Below are positions 29,237 through 39,264 of a stretch of DNA of 64,000 bases, in pieces; positions within the stretch are counted from its first letter, which is position 1, and each line of letters starts with the position of its first letter. The translations under genes were made by a program, and so were the position numbers. The stretch lies in the NCBI GenBank assembly GCA_963724295.1, contig CAVRUC010000005.1:192001-256000 (forward strand), written 5' to 3'. The notes under the pieces are model-generated. The model ran no database searches. It was not told where the DNA came from and was given only the letters and a program-made list of their open reading frames with translations. The DNA is from an uncultured Chloroflexia bacterium (lineage in GTDB: Bacteria > Chloroflexota > Chloroflexia > Thermomicrobiales > UBA6265).

Positions 29237-30295
29237 TCACGATCGCGCGAGCCTCGTGTCTTCCGGACTGATCAAGTTGCCCCGATTGTCCTCGACGTCC
29301 GCGAACCCTGCAGCTGGTTCGTAACCGTCCTCGTACTCGACTTCGTCCTCGTCAAATTCATCCTCGGCGACGTCGAAGTCGAGCTGGTGCCCCGCAAATC
29401 CCGGCAGTGCGTCCTGCACGAGGGGGTGGGCCGGGTTCAGCTCGGTCATGACGAGTTCCTGACCCTGACCATTGATGGTCTGCCGCTTGGTAAGAATCCC
29501 CTTACGCAGGAACTCCATCACCTTGGCCTCGATGTGCTCGGACGGGAGTATTGCCCGGTCGATGAACCGCCACAGGGTACGGCTCATGTGGCTCTGCGTC
29601 GGTACGAAACCATCGTGCAGCTGCCGGACGTAGGCATCGATCGCCTGAATGATCTGCCGGTCGATGTCGACCGATGGGGCAAACTGCAGGGTGTCCTCGG
29701 CGCCTGCCGCGACGACCAGGTCAGGGCTGATCGACCCCGGCACGCCACAGATGACGACCTTCTTGCCCAGCCGGTTGCGCAGCGTGGTCACCAGCCGAAT
29801 GAAATCTTTGTCACCAGTGAAAAGGAGGAACGTCTCGATGTCGGGACGCGTCAACGCGGTATTGATCACGTCGATAACAAAATTGAGATCGGCTCGCGAC
29901 TGAATCTTCTCTCGACCAGTGCCGTCTGACGTCCGTTTCGCCGGATAGTGCTGGGCTTCGAACCCCGCCACGTCGAGGCGGGTCCGCACCGGCGGCGGAT
30001 GCTGATCGAAATCGGCATAGGCTCGAGCCACCGCCATCAGACCGTATTTGAGCGCCTTGTCGCGCCAGGCCAGCGGATCTGGCTCCCGGCCGAATGAATT
30101 GATGCTCGAATAGCGGATGTTCTCGAAGTCGACAAACGCGGCTACTTCACTACGTCCACTTGCGCCTGTGCTTGGGCTTCCGGCTGCCTGCTGATGGGTA
30201 CTTGCCACGTGTGCGAACTGGGAATCGTTTGCCACATCCAAACCCCGCGCCGGAGTCGCTACCGACGCGCCATTCTCATCTTGCATTTGCACCAT
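29237..30295 (-). CDS. NYN (LabA/DUF88, PIN-like) domain protein
   Basis: AFVDFENI, ARAYAD, ADLNFVID, TGDKDF..LV..LR..GKKV; acidic C-terminal tail. Confidence 0.88.
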   Translation of the reverse strand: MVQMQDENGASVATPARGLDVANDSQFAHVASTHQQAAGSPSTGASGRSEVAAFVDFENIRYSSINSFGREPDPLAWRDKALKYGLMAVARAYADFDQHPPPVRTRLDVAGFEAQHYPAKRTSDGTGREKIQSRADLNFVIDVINTALTRPDIETFLLFTGDKDFIRLVTTLRNRLGKKVVICGVPGSISPDLVVAAGAEDTLQFAPSVDIDRQIIQAIDAYVRQLHDGFVPTQSHMSRTLWRFIDRAILPSEHIEAKVMEFLRKGILTKRQTINGQGQELVMTELNPAHPLVQDALPGFAGHQLDFDVAEDEFDEDEVEYEDGYEPAAGFADVEDNRGNLISPEDTRLARS

Positions 30296-30544
30296 CGAAC
30301 TCCCTGGACCAATTCCCGGGACCTGTACGCGCTGCGCGCATGACGGGCTCTGGGGTCATCGCCCGTCTCCTGCTGCTCGCCATGCTTTCCCTATGCGCAG
30401 AGCCTTCTTATCCCGAACCATTACCGCAATTAGCGGGAAACGTCTCCACATTCGGTGCGGCGCTTCAGCCGAACTGTGCCGGCCTCACAATCGCCAGTCT
30501 ATCACGGCGCAAGAGACAACTCGACAGGACAATCCGTACGTTGT

Positions 30545-31537
30545 TTACGCTCCGGCGCCAATCAATGCCGCGCCCACCACTCCTGAGTGGTCGCCCAGTT
30601 TGGCGCGCTTGAACTCTACGGCGCGGCCGGGTACCGCCAGCGATTCGCGGCGCGCGTAGTCGGAAGCCACGTCAAAGAGGAGCCCCACCGATTCGATAAC
30701 GCCGCCGCCCATCACGATCCGCGCCGGGTTCAGGAGGCTGATCACCGACGCGAGTCCGTACCCGAGATACCGGCCGGCCTCGCCAATCGTCTCGAGCACC
30801 AGTTCGTCGCCCATCTCGATCGCATCGGCGAGCACCCCCGACCGCACGGCGCCACTCTCAGGCCACATCGCCGCCGTCGAGAGCTCCGGCGCCAGCTGGC
30901 GCAGGACCGACTTCCGGCCGCGCTTGAGATCACCCATCAGGCTGTAGGTAATCGCCGTACGCGAGGCGTACGCCTCCACATGCCCACGGCCGCCACAACC
31001 ACAGAGACGGCCGCCACTATCGACGACGAGGTGTCCAATCTCGCCCGCGCTGCCGCTGACGCCGGTGACCAGTTTTCCGCCGGTGACGACCGCGCCACCC
31101 ACGCCCGTTCCTACGAAGCAGCAGAGAAAATCCGCTACCCCTTGTCCGGCCCCAAACGAGAGCTCTCCGGTGGCCGCGACCTGCACATCGTTGCGCAGGG
31201 CTGCCGGCACACCGAAACGTTTGCGCAGCGACTCCGCTATCGGCAAATCGATCACGGCCTGGCTGAGGTTGGGCGTGCCCAGGAGCACGCCTTTGTCGGC
31301 GTCCACCTGTCCTGCCGCACCGACACCGATGCCGACGAGCTCCTTCGGTTTCATCTTGGCTGACTGCAACGCGTCTTCCGCCGCGCCCTGGATCTTGTCG
31401 ATGATCGTTTGCGGGCTGTCCGCGGCCGAGGTTCGCTTCTTGGCGGTCGAGACGACTTCCCCACTGTCGAGATCGACTACCGCCGCGAGCAGTTTCGTGC
31501 CCCCGAAGTCGATACCCAGTGCGTGTCGTTTCGCCAT
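30545..31537 (-). CDS. ROK family sugar kinase
   Basis: GIDFGGTK, NDVQVAA.GE, VGTGVGG, AGEIGH, CGCGGRGHVEAYAS; no N-terminal HTH. Confidence 0.92.
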   Translation of the reverse strand: MAKRHALGIDFGGTKLLAAVVDLDSGEVVSTAKKRTSAADSPQTIIDKIQGAAEDALQSAKMKPKELVGIGVGAAGQVDADKGVLLGTPNLSQAVIDLPIAESLRKRFGVPAALRNDVQVAATGELSFGAGQGVADFLCCFVGTGVGGAVVTGGKLVTGVSGSAGEIGHLVVDSGGRLCGCGGRGHVEAYASRTAITYSLMGDLKRGRKSVLRQLAPELSTAAMWPESGAVRSGVLADAIEMGDELVLETIGEAGRYLGYGLASVISLLNPARIVMGGGVIESVGLLFDVASDYARRESLAVPGRAVEFKRAKLGDHSGVVGAALIGAGA

Positions 31538-31668
31538 CAGCGCACCTTTCTTGGCTTGGGCCCGATCCTCTCTCGCGCGGGTTCATGCAGGATTTCGGCC
31601 ACCGTCCCGGAATCCCCTCTTGCGGATCAGGGCGACTGAGCGGGAGCACCTATTCCAGTCGCGGGTAG

Positions 31669-32604
31669 TCACCCCCGGTCCAGCTCCTCGAGCACCGGTG
31701 CAAACTCTTCGATGGCGTCAGCCGTGATGGGATCGAGCACGAGTTGCACGTGACTGATCCCGGCCGCGGCGTACTGCCGCATCGCCGCCGCCAGCTCCGC
31801 GGTCGAGCCCCGCAACGGCGGCACGTCCTCTTCAGTGGTTGCGCCAACATTCCTCCCGCTGCCATCGGTCAGACCGACGTAGACCGCGCAGGTGCGCTCC
31901 ACCGTCGCCGCATCGCGACCGACTCGCCGGCAGGCCGCGTCGACCTTCTCCATCCAGGGTGCGAGGTTTTCCGGGCGGTTTCCAAACCAGGCATACCAGG
32001 CATTCCAGCTTTGCGCGTACGGCATCGTGATGTCGAGCATGCGCTCGCCCGCCGAGCCGATCATCAGTGGAGGGCCGTCGGGCCGCGGTCCCGGCGGCAG
32101 GATCTGACAGTCGTCGAGGTCGTAGTAATCGCCGTGAAAATCAAACGCTTCGCCCCGCAGCAAACGGCGGATGATCGTGAACGCCTCTTCGAAGCGGGAG
32201 ACGCGGTGGTCGTAGGGGAAACCGAATGCCGCGTATTCGCTCTCGTTCCACCCGGCGCCCAGCCCCAGGATGAGTCGGCCGCCGGACACCTCGTCCAGGG
32301 TGGCTGCCTTCTTGGCGATCATCGCCGGGTTATGAAATGACGTGCAGGCTACCAGGGGACCGATCTCCACGCGCTCGGTGATCGCGGCCAGCGCTGCCAT
32401 CACCGTCCAGGCCTCCCAGGGTCCTCGCGCCGCCTGGTCACCGTCGCGGAAGATGAGGTGGTCACCGACCCAGATCGAGTCGTAGCCGAGTGCTTCGGCC
32501 GTCATCGCCATGCGTGCCAGGTCGCTCCACGGTGCGACACGCTCCACCTCCGGGAGCTGCACCCCAATTTTCAGAGGACGCCTCCGCGATGTTTCAGCCG
32601 GCAT
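31669..32604 (-). CDS. LLM class flavin-dependent oxidoreductase
   Basis: GYDSIWVGDH, KAATLDEVSGGRLILGLGAGW; ATG at 32604 with GGAG RBS. Confidence 0.9.
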   Translation of the reverse strand: MPAETSRRRPLKIGVQLPEVERVAPWSDLARMAMTAEALGYDSIWVGDHLIFRDGDQAARGPWEAWTVMAALAAITERVEIGPLVACTSFHNPAMIAKKAATLDEVSGGRLILGLGAGWNESEYAAFGFPYDHRVSRFEEAFTIIRRLLRGEAFDFHGDYYDLDDCQILPPGPRPDGPPLMIGSAGERMLDITMPYAQSWNAWYAWFGNRPENLAPWMEKVDAACRRVGRDAATVERTCAVYVGLTDGSGRNVGATTEEDVPPLRGSTAELAAAMRQYAAAGISHVQLVLDPITADAIEEFAPVLEELDRG

Positions 32605-32685
32605 TCGTCTCTCCTCCGTTAGCCCCCGCCCGTTCCCCAAGAAGGCCATCAACCTCATCATGTTCAGCAAGTTTGAATTGCCGGC

Positions 32686-33417
32686 TCAGTCGATCTCCAT
32701 ACCGCGTAGCCGCCACACGGCGAGGAGCAGGCAGACCGCAGCAACCACCAGCATCGTCAGCGCCGCGTTCGACGCCATTGCGAAATCGTCACCGAGGATG
32801 CCTTCGAACACCTGTAGGGCATGCTCTCGGCTGGAGATAGCCTGCACCCCCGGCAGGAACCGGCCGAGCAGGCTCTCCCAGGCAAAGATGTAGATCATGC
32901 CGGCCAGCAACGCCCGCGGGATGACCAGGCTGACGAGCAGAAAGACCGCGCCCAGCAGTGCCGCCGCGGCGGCCGACGCTGCAGCCATGGCCACCAGAAT
33001 ACGCCCCAGATCCCCGGCTCCCGGTACCTGGGCAGCGATCAGCATCGTCACCGCCAGACCGCCAAGCAACGCCGGGATGGTAACCAACAGCACTGCCGCG
33101 TATTTACCGAGCACCAGCCGCAGCCGGCTGACCGGCTTCATCACCAGATAGGGCAGCGTGCCGTCTTCCAGCTCGTTGCCGAACGCGGCCGTCGCCGGTA
33201 GAAGCACCACGATCGGCAACAGCGTCGGCACGATCAGCTCCCGGAAGAGATCGATCGCGAACTCGCTTGGTGTGACTTCCCAGGGTCGCGCCACGTAGAT
33301 CGCCGCGAACAGCGCCGGGATCAGGCTCAACGCCAGCACCAGTCGCGCGGTACGGCCGCCGGTGAACTGGCGCACCGTCAGCGTGGTGACCGGCAGCAAT
33401 CGCCACAACGCGACCAT
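32686..33417 (-). CDS. ABC-2 type transporter permease
   Basis: Multiple TM helices, ELEDGTLPYLVMKPVSR motif. Confidence 0.85.
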   Translation of the reverse strand: MVALWRLLPVTTLTVRQFTGGRTARLVLALSLIPALFAAIYVARPWEVTPSEFAIDLFRELIVPTLLPIVVLLPATAAFGNELEDGTLPYLVMKPVSRLRLVLGKYAAVLLVTIPALLGGLAVTMLIAAQVPGAGDLGRILVAMAAASAAAAALLGAVFLLVSLVIPRALLAGMIYIFAWESLLGRFLPGVQAISSREHALQVFEGILGDDFAMASNAALTMLVVAAVCLLLAVWRLRGMEID

Positions 33418-33420
33418 GGC

Positions 33421-34416
33421 TCAGGAGCCCACCAGATACGAGAAGACCGACGCCAGCGACTCGTCGACGGGCTGGATCTCGAACAAGCGGACGCCTTCCC
33501 GTCGCGCCACCTCCGGCACCAGTCGGCCGAACTGCCGGACATCGTTCGTCTCGGCGATCAGCCTCCCGTCGGCCATCCGGACCGAAGTCGTTACCGGCTC
33601 GACGACGAGCGCCGCCGCCAGTCGCCGCGGATCATCGCAACGGATGCGAACCACGTGATCTCGCTCGTCCATCCGCTCCCGGATCGTCCGGAAATCGCCG
33701 GCGGCGGCCAGCTTGCCGTTGACGATGACCAGCACGTTGCGGGCGAAGCGTTCAACCTCGGACAGGACGTGCGAGGAGACGACGACAGTCTTCCCCTCGT
33801 CGCCGAGCCGCCGGATCAGTGCGATCAGGCTGGCTCGCTGCACCGGGTCGGTGCCATTCAGCGGCTCGTCGAGCAGCAGTACCCGCGGGTCGTGCACGAG
33901 CGCCGCCGCCACCTTGATCCGCTGCCGCATCCCCTTCGAGTAGCCGCCGACGGACCGGTCAGCCGCGTCCGCCATGTCGACCAGGGCGATGGTGCGCTCG
34001 GTCGCCAGCTCCGGGTTTGGGGTCTTTTGCAAGATCGCATTCAGGCGCACGAACTCCCGGCCCGTAAGTGGGCCGTAGAGCTGCTCCTGCTCACCGGCGA
34101 GGCCAATATGCCGATAGGTGGCCGTGTCACCAGGGACGGTCCGGTCGAGCACCTGTACAGTTCCGTTCGAGGGGCGAATCAGACCGGAGACCAGGTTGAG
34201 GATTGTCGATTTTCCGGCGCCGTTCGGGCCGAGGAGCGCCGTGACTCCCGCGCCGATGCCGAAGGTCAGGTCGGAAACCGCTACGACGTCGCCATACCAT
34301 TTGGCGACGCCGCGCAGCGCAATAACAGCCTCGGCGTCAGGCGGCAGACCCGGCAGGTCGTTCGAAACCGGCTCGATCGACGCCTGAATCGGGTTCTCGC
34401 TCGGCGTCTCAGTCAC
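33421..34416 (-). CDS. ABC transporter ATP-binding protein
   Basis: [25 protein letters not shown]. Confidence 0.95.
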   Translation of the reverse strand: MTETPSENPIQASIEPVSNDLPGLPPDAEAVIALRGVAKWYGDVVAVSDLTFGIGAGVTALLGPNGAGKSTILNLVSGLIRPSNGTVQVLDRTVPGDTATYRHIGLAGEQEQLYGPLTGREFVRLNAILQKTPNPELATERTIALVDMADAADRSVGGYSKGMRQRIKVAAALVHDPRVLLLDEPLNGTDPVQRASLIALIRRLGDEGKTVVVSSHVLSEVERFARNVLVIVNGKLAAAGDFRTIRERMDERDHVVRIRCDDPRRLAAALVVEPVTTSVRMADGRLIAETNDVRQFGRLVPEVARREGVRLFEIQPVDESLASVFSYLVGS

Positions 34417-35281
34417 GACGCTGATACCAGGCGAACATCACCGCGCAGCAGATGGCGATTACCACCGCCATCACCCCGAGCGGTGCATTGAGCGGGAGGT
34501 CATGGCCGAGGTCGGATTCGCCGAATAGCTGGCCAACCAGCGTGGCTATCGTCCGCGAAGGACTGATGACAACCGCCCAGCGCGCCAGTTCGGATTCATC
34601 GCTGAACGCCTCCAGGATCGCGATTGCGAGCGATTCCGAGAGCACGAAGCCGAGAATGATCACGCCGACGGCGACACTCTTGCGGCCGGTGAACGATGAG
34701 ATCGCCAACCCGATCGCGCCCAGATAAAACGCGATCATCGTTCCGGCGACGACAATGCGGCCGAGATCGCCGAGGCTGGCTCTCAGTGCCGGCAGCGGCT
34801 CCGGCGCTAGCAATCCGTTGCCAAGCCAGAGTACGACGGCCGGCAGAAGCGACATCGACAACGTGAGTAATCCGGTGGCCAGGAGCTTGGCGAGCACGTA
34901 TGAGCCGCGCCCGATCGGGCGAGAGAAATAGAGCGGCAGCAACCGGTCGTGGCGATCGCTGGACATCATCTCCGGTGCGATCAGCGCGACGAAGATGCCC
35001 ACCAGTAAGAAGATGGCGCCAAAGAACTCCGGGTAAGCCAGAAATTCGAACGCGGGGAAGAACGCTCGGATGCCAATGGAGATCAAGACCGGGATTGCCA
35101 CCGCCGCGTAGAGCAGGATCGGGATGATCTTCGCCGTCCACGGTCTGCGCATCCCGAGCGAGCGTGCCATCGAGTAGCGCGCCAGCGCCCACATGGCGTG
35201 CGCCTGACCCAGGCGGGGACCGTCGTAGTGGTGGTACCCCCGGTCGAAGATCTCGCCGTATTGACTCGGCGCGGCACTCAT
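34409..35281 (-). CDS. ABC-2 type transporter permease
   Basis: TM helices, DRHDRLLPLYFSRPI motif. Confidence 0.85.
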   Translation of the reverse strand: MSAAPSQYGEIFDRGYHHYDGPRLGQAHAMWALARYSMARSLGMRRPWTAKIIPILLYAAVAIPVLISIGIRAFFPAFEFLAYPEFFGAIFLLVGIFVALIAPEMMSSDRHDRLLPLYFSRPIGRGSYVLAKLLATGLLTLSMSLLPAVVLWLGNGLLAPEPLPALRASLGDLGRIVVAGTMIAFYLGAIGLAISSFTGRKSVAVGVIILGFVLSESLAIAILEAFSDESELARWAVVISPSRTIATLVGQLFGESDLGHDLPLNAPLGVMAVVIAICCAVMFAWYQRRD

Positions 35282-36261
35282 CGCTTGCTCACCCGCTGTT
35301 GGCCGCGCTCGCCGCCGGTCCCGGCGCCAACCGAGTCAACGTAGAGATCTTCCAGCGATCGCTTCGCCGGTCGCAACAGGCGCAGTGACGAGCCGGTTAT
35401 GGCGGCGGCATCCCGGATCGCATCCAGCGCCCCGTCGCCATTGCGGGCGACGATGAACTCATCGGACGTGTACTCGATCCCGGCCGGTCTGGATGCCAGA
35501 CCCACTTCCTCCAGGCGTTTCAGAAACGGACCAGGGTCGCCGTCGACGCGCACGTGCAGGTCCGCCGTCTCGTCGTCCGGCACGTGCAGTGGCTGGGATG
35601 CTACGACTTGCCCGCCATCGAGCACGACCACGTAGTCGCAGACCCGCTCCACATCGTCGAGGATGTGCGATGAGAGCACCACCAGGATGCCGAGCTGCCG
35701 GTTGATACGGCCAATCAGGTCGAGCATCTCCTCCCGGCCGAGTGGATCGAGGCCGTTCGTCGGTTCGTCCAGAAACACCAGCTCCGGATCGTGCACGATC
35801 GCCTGCGCGAGCTTGACCCGCTGTTTCATGCCCGTCGAGAACCCCTTGACCAATCGGTAGCGCTCTTCATCCAGACCGACCTGGTAGAGCACATCGGCCG
35901 CCCGCTGTCGCGCGGCGCGGTGTGGCAACCCGCTCATCTCCGCCATGTGTGAGACGAAATCGGCGGCGGTGGCGTTGTCGGGCAGGGTGTCGGTCTCGGG
36001 CATGTAGCCAACCCGCATCCGCAACTGGCGACCATCGGCAATCGCATCACGTCCCAACACCCGCGCCCTGCCGCCATTTGGGCGGGAGAGTCCGAGCAGA
36101 ATCTTGAGCAGCGTCGATTTTCCGGCCCCGTTCGGACCCAACAACCCAACCGCCGCCCGCGGCACCGCGAGATCGACGTTGTCGAGCGCCACGACCGAGC
36201 CGTAGCGCTTCACGAGCCCTGCCGTCTCGATGCTCAACGCGCGGTCAGGTTCGCTACCCAT
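35278..36261 (-). CDS. ABC transporter ATP-binding protein
   Basis: [25 protein letters not shown]. Confidence 0.95.
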   Translation of the reverse strand: MGSEPDRALSIETAGLVKRYGSVVALDNVDLAVPRAAVGLLGPNGAGKSTLLKILLGLSRPNGGRARVLGRDAIADGRQLRMRVGYMPETDTLPDNATAADFVSHMAEMSGLPHRAARQRAADVLYQVGLDEERYRLVKGFSTGMKQRVKLAQAIVHDPELVFLDEPTNGLDPLGREEMLDLIGRINRQLGILVVLSSHILDDVERVCDYVVVLDGGQVVASQPLHVPDDETADLHVRVDGDPGPFLKRLEEVGLASRPAGIEYTSDEFIVARNGDGALDAIRDAAAITGSSLRLLRPAKRSLEDLYVDSVGAGTGGERGQQRVSKR

Positions 36262-36321
36262 GGTTTTCCATCAACACAAGCGAGGTCATCCCGGCCGGAG
36301 TCTACAGTGGCGCTCATCCCT

Positions 36322-36492
36322 CGTGTCACCCAGACGTGTCATCCCATCGCGCCATCCGCCGTCGCGCCACCCAATGTCGCTTCACCCACCGCCGTGTCAT
36401 CCACCGTCGTGTCATCCCGAGGAACGAGGGATCTCGTTCGTTCGCGAGGCCAAGAGCCGCAACCGGTCTTCTCACTTTCGCTCGGAATGACA
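36322..36492. repeat. Degenerate 13-15 bp tandem array leading into a complete (empty) REP-like palindrome
   Basis: Seven CGTGTCATCC-like units (36322-36420), the last being the start of TGTCATCCCGAGGAACGAGGGATCT...CGCTCGGAATGACA (36410-36492). Confidence 0.7.
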
Positions 36493-36681
36493 CGCCCTTC
36501 CCGCCCAGTCTGGAAGCGTACCCTCCCCAAACGGCTAGGCCGCGCTTCCCCCACATCGGCGATGGCGCGCGGCGCCGAGCTCCCTAGGCTGGTCATGTCG
36601 CCGCACTCGCGGCGCACCTGGATTTCATGACAGGGGAGTGGCCCGCTCCAGCGCGGTCGCTCGAAGCAAGGAGCACCATCG

Positions 36682-37614
36682 ATGTCAACCACACTCAATT
36701 CCTCGTCGCTACTGGCAAGTGTCTCCGACGAGCTCGCCGGGGCAGTCGAACGCGCCGGGGCAGCCGTCGTCACGGTCGATGGTCGTCGCCGCCACCCGGC
36801 CAGTGGGATCGTCTGGACCGCTGACGGCCTGATCGTCACCGCCAATCACGTGGTAGAGCGGGACGAGGAACTCGAGATCGGTCTTCCCGACGGACGAAGC
36901 GTCGCCGCTGAGCTTGTCGGCCGGGACCCCGGCAGCGATCTTGCGCTGCTCCGCGTCGCTGCCTCCGACGTGGCGCCGCTGCCGCGCTCGACCGTCGAGC
37001 CGAGGGTCGGTCATATCGCCCTGGCAATCGGCCGGCCGGGACCCAGCGGCGTTATGGCCTCGCTGGGAGTGGTTAGCGCGGTCGGCGGCCCGTTGCGCTT
37101 CCGCGGCGGCGCCTCCCTCGATCGCTATGTCCAGGCCGATGTCGCGATGTTGCCGGGGTTCTCAGGCGGGCCCCTGGTCGACAGTACCGGCAACGTGATT
37201 GGATTGAACTCCTCGACCCTGGGCCGCGCCGGACAGTTGACGGTGCTGGCGGCCACGATCGACGCCACCGTAGCCACGCTGCTTCAGCATGGTCGAGTCC
37301 GCCGCGGGTATCTTGGCGTCGGCGCTCAGGGCGTTCGCCTACCGGAGGCCCTGGCTCGCGCGCTCGATAATGGTCAGGAACTTGGTCTGCTCATCGTCTC
37401 CGTCGAAGCCGGCGGTCCCGCGGACACGGCCGGGTTGATGCTTGGCGACGTCATCCTGGCCGTCGACGGCACAGTAGTCGGTCAGGTGGAGCAGCTTCAG
37501 GAGCAACTCGCGGGAGATCGCGTTGGCAAGAGCATCCCGATCCGCATCGCCCGCGGGGGCGAGCCACGCGAGATCGCGGTCACCGTCGGCGAGCGCCAGC
37601 GCCAGGCCGAATAG
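36682..37614 (+). CDS. S1C/HtrA-like serine protease with PDZ domain, no signal peptide
   Basis: TANHV, SDLALL, PGFSGGPL triad; RGYLGV PDZ. Confidence 0.9.
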   Translation: MSTTLNSSSLLASVSDELAGAVERAGAAVVTVDGRRRHPASGIVWTADGLIVTANHVVERDEELEIGLPDGRSVAAELVGRDPGSDLALLRVAASDVAPLPRSTVEPRVGHIALAIGRPGPSGVMASLGVVSAVGGPLRFRGGASLDRYVQADVAMLPGFSGGPLVDSTGNVIGLNSSTLGRAGQLTVLAATIDATVATLLQHGRVRRGYLGVGAQGVRLPEALARALDNGQELGLLIVSVEAGGPADTAGLMLGDVILAVDGTVVGQVEQLQEQLAGDRVGKSIPIRIARGGEPREIAVTVGERQRQAE

Positions 37615-37630
37615 AGCGGACACCATTGAT

Positions 37631-38551
37631 ATGTCGATGACTCTCGAACGCGAGCAAACAGTTGCGGTTACGTCACCGGTCGCGCCGGCCCTTGCCGGGC
37701 TGGCGCTCTCCGAAGCGATCGCCGACGTCGCGGCGGAAATCAAGCCATCGGTCGTGCTCGTCGGTCACGGCGGTAGCCACGGCGCCGGTGTCATCTGGCG
37801 CTCCGACGGCATCGTCGTCACGAATCGTCACGTGATCCGGGACGATCGTGTCGACGTGATCCTCGACGATGGTCGCAAGTTCACCGGCATCGTCGCCGCC
37901 CGTCACCCGGACCGCGACCTCGCCGTCGTCAAAATCGCCGCCGATGATCTGCCCGCCGCCCGCCTTGGCGATTCCAGCACCGTACGGCCGGGTCAAATCG
38001 CCATCGCGGTCGGTCACCCGCCGGGCCTGCGTAGTGCGGCGACCGCCGGCATCATCGTCGCTGCCGGACAAGCCGCTACGCTCGAAGGTCCGCGCACCGG
38101 AGACTGGCTCCAGACCGACGTCACGTTGCGTCCCGGCAACTCGGGGGGTCCGCTCGTCGATGCGCGAGGAGGCGTCATCGGCATCAACACCATGGTCAGC
38201 GGCCGCCTGGCATTATCGATTCCCAGCTCGGCCGTGGAGCGGTTCGTTGCTGGCGAGCGTCCCGGCGATCCTCGCGCCTGGCTCGGTCTGCACGGACTCG
38301 CCGTCCCGTTGCGGCTGCCCGGGTACGACGCCGGATTCTTGTTGACCGAAATCGCCGAGGGTTCGCCCGCGGACCGAGCGGGCCTGATCGTCGGTGATAT
38401 CGTCGTCACGATCGGCGAGACAGAGGTCGTGGACGCCGAGTCGGTGCCCGCGGCCGTACTCCGCCTGAACCCCGGCCAGGCCGTGGAGATCGGAATCCTG
38501 CGCGGTGGCGAGCCGAGACGCTTCACGGTGGTCCCCACGGAGCACCTGTGA
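37631..38551 (+). CDS. S1C/HtrA-like serine protease with PDZ domain, no signal peptide
   Basis: TNRHV, RDLAVV, PGNSGGPL; RAWLGL PDZ. Confidence 0.9.
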   Translation: MSMTLEREQTVAVTSPVAPALAGLALSEAIADVAAEIKPSVVLVGHGGSHGAGVIWRSDGIVVTNRHVIRDDRVDVILDDGRKFTGIVAARHPDRDLAVVKIAADDLPAARLGDSSTVRPGQIAIAVGHPPGLRSAATAGIIVAAGQAATLEGPRTGDWLQTDVTLRPGNSGGPLVDARGGVIGINTMVSGRLALSIPSSAVERFVAGERPGDPRAWLGLHGLAVPLRLPGYDAGFLLTEIAEGSPADRAGLIVGDIVVTIGETEVVDAESVPAAVLRLNPGQAVEIGILRGGEPRRFTVVPTEHL

Positions 38552-39174
38552 CCGAGGGCCAGGGGGCTCGTCTGCGCGTCCTGGTGGTCGCCGCGTACCC
38601 GGCATTGCGCGCCGGATTGGTCTCGCTCCTGGCCAGCGATCGACTGTTGGAGCCGATAGCGACTGAGGGGGTAGAGCTTGGCGATGCCGGCTCTGCCCCC
38701 TCCGCGATCGTTGTCGACTACTCCGCCGGCGAGCCCGAGGAGGTCCTCTCCATCGCCGAGACGTTCCCGCAATCCGCGCTCGTCATGATCGGCGCGGACC
38801 CCGCGACCGACGGCCCAGGCCTCTCGGGCGCTCCGGTCGCCTATCTCCCCAGCGACGTCGACGCGGCGGCCCTGACCGCGGCGGTCCGAGCCGCCGCCTC
38901 AGGTCTCATTGTCCTCGACCCGACCGTCGCCGGAGCGACCGGCGTCCACACTCATACCCGGACCAGTGACAGTGCAGAAACGCTGACCGCGCGGGAGCGG
39001 GAGGTGCTCTTGCTCGTGGCTGAGGGCTTACCCAACAAGGCTATTGCCCGCGAGCTCGGCATCAGCGAGCACACCGCCAAGTTTCACGTCGGCTCGCTGC
39101 TCGGGAAGCTCGGCGCCGCTAGCCGCACCGAAGCCGTGACCCTCGCCACCCGCCGCGGCATCCTTCCGGTCTGA
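38548..39174 (+). CDS. NarL/LuxR-type regulator with atypical receiver domain
   Basis: LTAREREVL..VAEGLPNKAIARELGISEHTAKFHV HTH; GTGA overlap with the upstream protease. Confidence 0.9.
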   Translation: MTEGQGARLRVLVVAAYPALRAGLVSLLASDRLLEPIATEGVELGDAGSAPSAIVVDYSAGEPEEVLSIAETFPQSALVMIGADPATDGPGLSGAPVAYLPSDVDAAALTAAVRAAASGLIVLDPTVAGATGVHTHTRTSDSAETLTAREREVLLLVAEGLPNKAIARELGISEHTAKFHVGSLLGKLGAASRTEAVTLATRRGILPV

Positions 39175-39212
39175 CTAGAACCGAGTCAACTCGCAGCGTG
39201 AACCACCGAAGT

Positions 39213-39259
39213 GCGTTCCCCCTCTCCCAGCGCACTGGGAGAGGGGCTAGGGGTGAGGG
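39213..39259. repeat. REP-like palindrome, copy 2 of the 24193 family
   Basis: CCCCTCTCCCAG-CGCA-CTGGGAGAGGGG perfect hairpin followed by GGGGTGAGGG; lies between convergent genes. Confidence 0.7.
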
Positions 39260-39264
39260 CCGCT

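Noticed and set aside
36322..36420. CRISPR array
   Set aside because: Units are 13-15 bp, degenerate and have no spacers; no cas genes in the window
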